DNA from: Tubiluchus corallicola
Taxonomy: Eukaryota > Animalia > Priapulida
DNA: 64,000 nucleotides
Reading direction: 5' to 3'
NCBI GenBank assembly: GCA_030141605.1
Contig: JAQGDQ010001075.1
Location: 958 to 64,957, forward strand
Below are positions 55,101 to 64,000 of the stretch, piece by piece (positions within the stretch are counted from its first letter, which is position 1; every line of letters starts with the position of its first letter). Made by a program: the position numbers and the translations under genes. The notes below the pieces were generated by a model. The model was not told the DNA's origin. It ran no database searches and was given only the letters and a program-made list of their open reading frames with translations.

Positions 55101-55876
55101 ACTGACATTCTTCTAAATTTAACCTCTGATTGCGCGCTTTCGTAAGTGGTGGTTAGTTTTCATACACTCAAATTAGGTCACCTGACATTGACTGGCTTTT
55201 TATAGAATATATAAAACATTAATGCAAATACAAGGGGAATCATTGAAAAAATCTAAATGTGGCCAACATTACCCCAATACACACTATTTAATGACCGTTT
55301 CTCATTCATCTTTTTTTCTTTTTCACCTGACAGCACACAGTGGTAGGCTGAAATGTCCTTTGTTCGCTTTAATATTACATTGCATTGTAGGATTTTATTA
55401 ACTATTTTCGTCATTAAGAGTTTTCTGTTTTTTAATAAGAGTGTGTTAATCTACGTTCAGTGTCTACATATATTAACCTAAATCTGACGATACACAAATT
55501 GACGATACTTTTATTTGCTGAGCTTCGTTTATTCGGTGTCCGGCTTTTTTGGCACAGGCGTTTTGACAGGCAGTTTGATCACACACAGTCAGACACCAAT
55601 GAATTCTAGGCGTTGCATAATTTAAAAAGCGCTTAGGCAGCGCTATGGATGATAACATCATACGCACCATATAGTAGAGTGTATTGGCAACAATTTTACG
55701 ATTGCTTTTAAAATTGAACTTATAATTTTATAGTACTATTTAAAATCAGGATAATTATATAATGATTTTAGAAAAGTTAACTTTATAATTATTGTAGAGG
55801 TGTATATATATATATATATAGTAAATTATAACGGACTTTTAATTGTAAAGCGCATCGAGATCACACTATAAATTAT

Positions 55877-55948
55877 TATTGTTGTCGTTGTCGTTGATGT
55901 TGTTGTTGTTGTTGTTTTCGTTGTTAATGTTATTGTTGTTGTTGTTGT
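55877..55948. repeat. (GTT)n degenerate microsatellite
   Basis: Direct read. Confidence 0.85.
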
Positions 55949-58900
55949 CTTCCTAAGACAAAATTTAATCATAAACGGTAATAACTAATAATGCATTTAT
56001 AAAAAGCTCTGGGAAAAAAATCTAACTGCATAGTTGCTCTATGTGCTAATTTTGCCACTAGTTGCAATTCTACCGACACATATATTGTCACTGTGATAGC
56101 GCTTACAACAATAAACCTAATTTGTACTTTCGCAATAATTTAGACGCTTTCTCAGCCAGAAAATTTTGCAAGAAAATCTCGTAAAACTCATTGCTCACTA
56201 ACAGCACATATATGAGAAAATACCCTGCAATGTGAAAATGGCTGATTAAATTTATCCTCTCTATTAGAATAAATGGAAAATACATAAAAGACTTCATCGC
56301 ACAACCATAATAATAATAATAATAATAACAATAATATCATTTGCTGATATTATTTAATATATCACATGCTCATAACGTCCGCAGCCTGTACTGACACAAT
56401 ATACGCAATATGAATTCGTGGTGCTTTAGAACAATTTCGAGTTCAATACTAACCTACGTATCCATACTTAATGAAACAACTGGATTTGCAATCATGGAAA
56501 TTCTGCACTTTTCAGATTTCTCGGTGTAATTCGACGCAATCTTGCTTAACAGGAAGGGAGACAAAGAAAGTGTTCTGCAACTTTATATTCAGGTTAATTC
56601 CAGGATTTGGCCTTCACCTTCGTTGTGTGATTTGATGCCACTTCATTAAATAGTATTGTCACATTCGCAAAATGTCTTCTTAAGATAAGGCGGGCTTATG
56701 TAATGGGATGAGATGGAAAAGCATTAAAGAAAAGGGCTTCAAAACAGATGTGAGCAGAATGTTTGGAGAAGTAAAGGAACAGAAAGAAGAAGAAAGGAGA
56801 GAAAATGAGAGGAGCGAAAGGGGGGGAAATATTTTATATTTTATTTGGTGCAAATGTATATTCAAATTCTTAAATTAAATAGTTTCTTTTAACAACCAAT
56901 TGCTTCAGTTCGAATATTACGGAACGTGTGACACGCGACATAAGACAGTTATTCTTACGAGTTCTCGACATTACAACGACATTCATTACGAGGGAGTGGT
57001 AAAAAAATCTGTTTTCTCCTGCGCATATCACTTTGCGAGTTCAAACTGTGCTGAATCTTTACTTATTTATTTGTTTTCTACTTATTAAGAGTTCTCAATT
57101 TTACGCTTTTGTGCTCCATAGCCTTATTTAGTAATGTAATACGTTTAATCATCACACCTAATAATTATGGAACCAGATTTTGGCAAACAAGGAGACAGTG
57201 AATTACGAGAAATCATAGGTCTACATTTTTAAATGTATATAAATTCAGTATATAAATCGGCCAGTTACTTTTTCCCTATCACATGGCGTATCCAGTAAAT
57301 GAATGAATGAATAAATGAACGAAAGAAGTAACATGGAAATTCAACATTCGCTGGCCTAGCTTATACTTAATGTGGACGGTTGTACCAAGACCTGAACCTA
57401 GCTCATTATCAACTCTAATCCGATAACATAAGATCCTGAATTGACATAATGCGATACACCTACAATAAATGCGTACACGAGAGAAATAGCTAAAAGCAGT
57501 GTGATAAATGAAACCACCAAAGGCAATTTTGGCAGTTGTCACTCATCCTTTTACTACCCACGGTGCTGACACGCATTATGACCACTCAGTTGTTTTACCT
57601 CGATCTACTGTTAACCTAGCTTTGCCTGGTGCTCTGATGTTCTAATATGCCTGATAAGTCACTCACAGTATGTCACCAGCGAAAACCATGCATAGTGCTC
57701 ATCGGGAAGTAGGTAAATTATTGTCCAAGAAACAAAATAAACAAAGGCTCATTTTAGTATGGCCTCGGCGTATTCACGACTGATAGCAGGTTAATACTGT
57801 GCTTATTCAAGAGATGTGCTTTCTAGCCCCTATGACTAGAAATATTACATGAAAAGAGATCATTTTTATTATCAGTTTTGTTATACTTCTGAAGTGAAGT
57901 TGTCAACGTGGTTGGATGTTACATTTTCGCTTTATTGTTCTATCTTATACAAACTGGATTCCCGGTTAACGAATCAATTACAGTAATATTTGTACCTTCT
58001 CACCACATTCTCTATTCACATCTTGCACAATTAAAACAATAGCGGTGACGCTCTTTACACAATTTGAACTACTAGGCAATTAACATTGCAACCTCAAAGA
58101 ATGACAACGACTAGAGCGATCATGAAAACGAGGCGGAAGAGAAGGAGGAAGAGGAACAGGACAACTACTCTCATTAGTTTAGCAGAAATGAGTTCTTTTT
58201 CATTGATATTTTCATGAAATTTATTCTTAAATTTTTGCCGAAAATAATGATGACTGAGCCACTAAAACAGTTATTTTAACAACTTACTGACTTTCCTTTA
58301 GTGTTAGCAAACTTGCTCGGTCGAGTGTATTGTAAATAAATAGAGATCATGTCTAATGCTCTATAAAAAGTTTTACAAACATCCACGGGGTTTTCTCACC
58401 TAAACTTATCTTAACTTATCGCGCTTATCAGATAAACGTTTTGATACTGGCTAAATTAGCTTGTGCCTTGTTTAATGTGATCCCCATAGTTTTCGCACCA
58501 CAGGCTACATTTTATTTACAATTTCAGCGGTGTTTATTTACCTGAACGCATGCAGAAACACCTGCTGAGAATTTATAAATACGCCGTGAAACTATTTTAA
58601 ACTGCTTTCGCAGGACAAAACGTTAAAACGCCAACAACGCCAGTTTTTAGATAGACATAAAGACAATGCTAAATGTTGCGAAAATTCAGTGCACGAATAT
58701 ATAGGCTGCTTGCTGCTCATTAACCAGCAAAACAAACCAATCCCTATGTAAGAGTTCAAGTCCCAAAACTGATCTGCCAAAAGAAAAAATCACAGCATGG
58801 ACAAAGTATCAGTAATATCACTGCAATAAGAATAAGTGTACCTAAAGCAGACGTCTAGTAAATAAGATGCTCGTTTGACAAAGCCTCAAGGACTAAATCC

Positions 58901-59335
58901 TTGCTATAAACAGAGACAAGTTTCAAAAGTTATACATATTTATTGTATATGTGAAAATTGTTAAGACTGGTATAATGCACTGATGTGTTGGAAGAGAGCG
59001 GCGTTGCTAACTATATAAAAATAGTCGTGATTTGATCTTATAAATGCTGAAATCATTTTCTCGTCACACAACACTTTTAAGCGACACCTCTAGTTGTGCA
59101 TTCAACCACCTAGTGTGTCGTCTAGCGAAAAAAAAACGAATGGGCTACTGGCGATATAATACATTATCCACAAGCTAAGGTGTTTACATTAACGATCAGC
59201 TAAAAAGAAACATTGAGTCAGGAATATAAAAGATAGGATGATATGAAGACAAAAAATAATGTTAAACGCTATAATAACAAGAGCAAGAGAAATACAGAAA
59301 GAACAATGGCTAATATTAAGCTAACAATGGCTAAC

Positions 59336-59973
59336 AATTACGCTATTAGATTTCTGAAATTGCGATAATTTGCCGGAGGAAACGTAAAAGTCATGCGATC
59401 TTTCTCTCTGTTCGTCTCAGTGTTTGTCAGTCAGTCAGGCAGTCTTTCTATCCGTCCGTCAATCCACCTATCTCCACCCTGTCCCTGTCTTTACGTCTAT
59501 CTGCCTCTTTCTTTGTCTCTGTCTCCCTCCCTCTCGATTTATCTATCTACCGCTATCTCTTTTTGCCTGTCTTTTTTTCACCTGAATAGGACTACCTTGG
59601 AAACAAGTTTTTGGTTACTTTTGATATTATCTTTGGACCAAATCCCAAAGAAGCTTGCTATTAGATTTGGTCCAAAGATGATAGCAAAAGTAACCAAAAA
59701 CTTGTTTCCAAGGTAGTCCTATTCAGGTGAAAAAAAAGACAGGCAAAAAGAGATAGCGATAGATAGATAGATCGAGAGGGAGAGAGACAGAGGCAAAGAA
59801 AGAGGCAGATAGACGTAAAGACAGGGACAGAGTGGAGATAGGTGGATTGACGGACGGATAGAAAGACTGCCTGACTGACTGACAAACATTGAGACGAACA
59901 GAGAGAAAGATCGCATGACTTTTACGTTTCCTCCGGCAAATTATCGCAACTTCAGAAATCTAATAGTGTAATT
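59336..59973. repeat. Large inverted duplication: ~310-bp arms, 19-bp spacer
   Basis: 59336-59644 is the reverse complement of 59664-59973, with about 10 substitutions and one 1-bp indel by manual comparison. It produces the mirror ORFs at 59393+ and 59916-. Confidence 0.95.
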
Positions 59974-62900
59974 TTCTCTTCTAACTAGCACAATAGTAAT
60001 CATTTCTACTTGAGGTAATTTCTTGTTTTTAGAATAGGAGCGATTTTATGCTACAGCCAAAAAGCCATTACGTTGTTATAATTAAGATCAGTATTTTAAC
60101 CATTTATTACGATTTACATAAATATAGCATTCTTTAGAACATGTTTATATTCTGGTTAATGCTGGCAAAAAGATCACAGGAATTTGATGTTTTACGTCTA
60201 TTGAAAATTGATGCGACGCGTGCAATGGGGAATCTTATCAGCGAAATTATTTTGAAAAATTGTGAGAACACGAAATATGTTTCAAATCTTAAGTTTATCA
60301 TCCAGTGTATGAAAATAGCTGGGAGGACTGTTAATTCTTTAAAGAACTGACACTAATGGAAAATAGTTAGACTATTTGTATGTTCACTCAGATAACCTTT
60401 AAACTTTTTGATTAACTTGTTTGTTTATGTAGTAGATAAAAATCTGACAAAGTAAATAAAATGCTAACTGGATTTTAATTTTTTGTTAGGCTCTAAAACG
60501 CCAGATCCTTAAATACCAAACGAAATATTATCACGGACAACAGTAAAATTCTGAATGTACTTGGCTCTAAAACTTGATATGAAACCGCAAGGGTTCTTGT
60601 CTAGCGCTATCGTTTCCAGAAAGAAAAATGTACTTATAAAATAGTACACATTTCGTGCAGAAATAGCGGTCGAACTTTATATCTATCAATTTGTGCGTTG
60701 TCCTATCGGAGTGCCTTGGTTACACAATACTGTCATCTTCTTGTTGTTCTAAACTGACAACTTATTGATCTTAAATAAGCTGAATATTTTTGGAAAATAA
60801 AACTGATTCAAGTTTTGTAATTGATGCAATCTAGCCGAGCAAAAAAATGTGTTCCAAAGATTACTGAAACACGATATAAAAATTTAGTGAGTTTCACAAA
60901 CAGTTTGGTCGCTATTTGTACAAAGTGGCTAATCGAAAAAAATTCGTATGTATCAGCATAAGACACAGTTTCAAATAACTGGGAATATAGTGACAATTTC
61001 CATTTTAATTCAAATTTTATATCGGTAGCTGAGACCATATAACATACAAATACAATAGTGTAGGAAGTCAATTTAATGATTAAAAATGATGTGCAAGTTA
61101 TACTGTTAAACAGTTCTTCGTACTATACTTGCTCGCCGAACTTTTCTACTAAAAGTCACAATTTAACCAAACTGATTGAATGCCCGAGTCCGCCTTAAAG
61201 CAAATTGATCTAAATGGTAATAACACAAACAGCATTTCGTTTTAAATCGGCTTACATATTAAACTTCCAAAGGGGAAGTTCGGTTAAAACATAAATAGCT
61301 TGAATGTCTATTACTGCTCTCTAAGCAAAGTCAACAATTTCACGTGTGTATCATTCGTACTGCGCGTAATCACAGCGAAGCCATTTCAACTGTTTAAGTC
61401 ATGGGTAAAAGAATTAAACTGAATGAAATCATATCAGACACTTAAAGCTAAGTTACTTCGCACACTAAGTCTTTATTAAGTGTGATAACTTTTTTAAGGA
61501 AGTGTCGCGAGATTGCATGTGGAACAGCACCAATGTGAGAAATTTTTCTTTACGTTAAGGATTTTTTTATATCTACAGATTTTTTGCGAATATTTATGTT
61601 TGTTTCACTACACAGAAATGTGTCCTTTTCTACAAACATTTTATTTGCAAAATCTTGATGGTATCAAAAATAAAAATATATTCATTCTTAAACGACAAGA
61701 TAATACTAATTTTATTTTATTTTGTTTTGCTTTGTTTTGTTTTGTTTTATTTTCAGCTAAAAAAAATCTGTACAAACACTGTGTATGCAAATACAGCCAA
61801 GAGCCTGAGCCAGGAATTGCCTTACTAGGTGTTATGATACTTTTTTCACAGTTTGATCACAATAATATTTTTACGCTATAAAATTTAAGTATGTATGCTT
61901 ATTTTTTGCATCTTTTGGCATAAGCACCCACATATGCACTCCACCAGTCGTCATGCACAGTAGATATAGTTTTCGTTTGTTAATTTTTTTCCATTGTAAA
62001 AAGTAGGCCACGCTACGCTACTATTTTATGTAAGCCTGTACAAAAGCGAGATTTAGTTTCGATTTTGAAACCAAAATTTTAATCATTTCTATTTATTTGT
62101 GTTTTTGTTCATATGACGATTACTAGACCCTATTGTGAAAAATAATAGTGCCCGTTGCATTTCCAAAAACGTATTTATCATTTAAATAAACGATCCTTGT
62201 CGCAAAATTGTTATAAAAGATTCCAGCTCATTTCTTAATGGTCCAAAGGAGCAATTTGTTTATTTTGCAATCTTGTTGTTGCTACAAGATTCGTTTAATA
62301 ACTCCCCAAGCTTCCAAAAAACAGATAATTAATTTGTTTTCCAATAGAAAACTCAAGTAAAATTGAGTATAAATTCCCGGCGGACGCGTGCTGCTGTCTA
62401 CTATATTCTGTTCTTCAACCATTAGTGACTCTTATTAGCAATATTTATCCCTGAGTCTAGAAGTTAGGCGTAATTTGTTTATGTGAAAAACATGAAGCAC
62501 ACTTCGTGCAAGTCATTACCAGATGGCATTCTACCAGATCCTGTGTGCATCAGTGCCTCTTGACATTTTCATGTAAAATTATGTTTTACAGCCTGCAATA
62601 GCACTGCTTATGAATTAAAATCAACAGAAAAGTCGTAGAACTAAATACTATAAATAAACTATAAATAAACCAACATAAACCGCAACACCCACTCCACTGA
62701 CAAATTGGACAAATACAACAACGTTTGCGTTGACTAAAAATTGCTGATGTCTACAAAAAACGATCAGCATATAAAACTTCACACACACGAAGAGTCAGCC
62801 ACAAAGACTTTGGCAAAAACATAAAAAACATTATCTCAAACAATGAACATCGAGAGAAGAACTACAACAGGTAGAATCACCGTAAAAAAGGCCACTTTAG

Positions 62901-63379
62901 GCAAAGAGCTAACAATACCTATAAGTATCTGAGACAAAAAATACAGCAGAAAATAAAATAACCAATCACTACTGTAAGTCGGTTACTATCCGTTTTTTTA
63001 AACTATTATATATCATTTAGTTTAGTTTAGCTATTTAAAAATTGTTCACTTAATTACAGTATACAATGTCTCCCGATCCGATAAACATTCCACTGCAAAT
63101 TTATGGCTGCGCGCTAGAAAACAATGCTGGCTATCTCGTGATCACAGCGGCAGCAAGTACAAATCCCGCCAATTAAAAGTGACAGCGTCTCAGATTAAAT
63201 GAAAACAGAAAATGTTCTTTGACATTATCAGTTCTTCTCACATCTGCATTGCAAAGGCAGCCAATTACATATACGATTCATGTTAGTAGCGTTGTTGTTC
63301 AGATTCGTGGCAGTTTCACTGTTTTGTCGTAGAGCTTCGGTATAATTACTATTCATCATGTTTTATACTGACATTTATT

Positions 63380-63800
63380 GTTTTAAAGATTTGTCGCTTT
63401 GTTCTTTGTATTATGCGCGGGTAGCATTTTGAATGTGGATGGGTTCAATGCGCCGAAACCATTCCTAACACATTGTTGGCTTAAAGATGGGATAAAATAT
63501 CTTGCGAAATTCACCTCAGTGACATTTTAAGTAACAACGTATTGCCAACAATACATTATTAGTAGATATTAGCATACTCTCCTGTATAGCACAGTTTTGT
63601 CAAACCTGGCGAACTGTCTCAAGAACCGCAATAATTTTGGTTCTTCTCTGTCAACTGATATCATGGCAGAGACGAAATTTGACAGGATGGAGCAGAGAAA
63701 AATGTATTTCAAAATGAATCCATTTATTCCATTGCATTCGTAAGTATAGTGGTCCGCAAGCAACCTTCCATTTGCAATCATGTCACCAAGGAGGTAATTT
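63380..63800 (-). pseudogene. Possible decayed class A GPCR fragment
   Basis: TM3-like ECNGINGFILKYIFLCSILSNFVSAMISVDR. In another frame, a TM7/helix-8-like SMLISTNNVLLAIRCYLKCH*GEFRKIFYPIFK follows, with stops. Confidence 0.35.
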
Positions 63801-64000
63801 TTGCTGTGGGAATTTGTTTGCAAATGTATTTGAATGTGAATTTTCATTACTTGCTTATTTGTCTCATCTAGTAAAATTAGACACTTTACTGTTTTTGCTA
63901 TGACTATAGTACGCTCTACTGGAAAAAGTCAACTGGTTTTACAATTTTCGTTCTTTTTATACCATACGTTTCTCCACTTTTTCAACAATCTACGTCGTTT

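Noticed and set aside
59393-59916. Pair of near-identical ORFs on opposite strands (MRSFSLFVS...)
   Set aside because: By-product of the inverted duplication of CT-rich low-complexity sequence; no protein-like features.

Overview
AT-rich, gene-poor animal genomic DNA. The receptor sequence suggests a protostome invertebrate, probably lophotrochozoan; this is inference. Two protein-coding genes are supported, both on the minus strand. (1) A fibroblast growth factor (FGF) gene that the ORF track mostly misses. I reconstructed it from three exons (36815-36688, 34902-34799, 27389-27183) with canonical splice sites and the typical 104-nt middle exon. Its start-codon exon is unresolved, and both family-typical core cysteines are serines. 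(2) A 424-aa allatostatin-C/somatostatin-type rhodopsin GPCR with an intronless CDS (51637-50363). The rest of the window is repeats: decayed CR1/L2-group and RTE LINE fossils, a 5S rRNA-headed SINE with an RTE-like body, a tRNA-Arg-like pseudogene, several MITEs or foldback elements, a ~310-bp-arm near-perfect palindrome, and long microsatellites. Two of the MITEs sit nested at the axis of an inverted tandem array. A decayed second GPCR fragment may lie near the right end. I found no CRISPR array, operon or clearly novel multi-gene system. All alignments and translations were done by eye.
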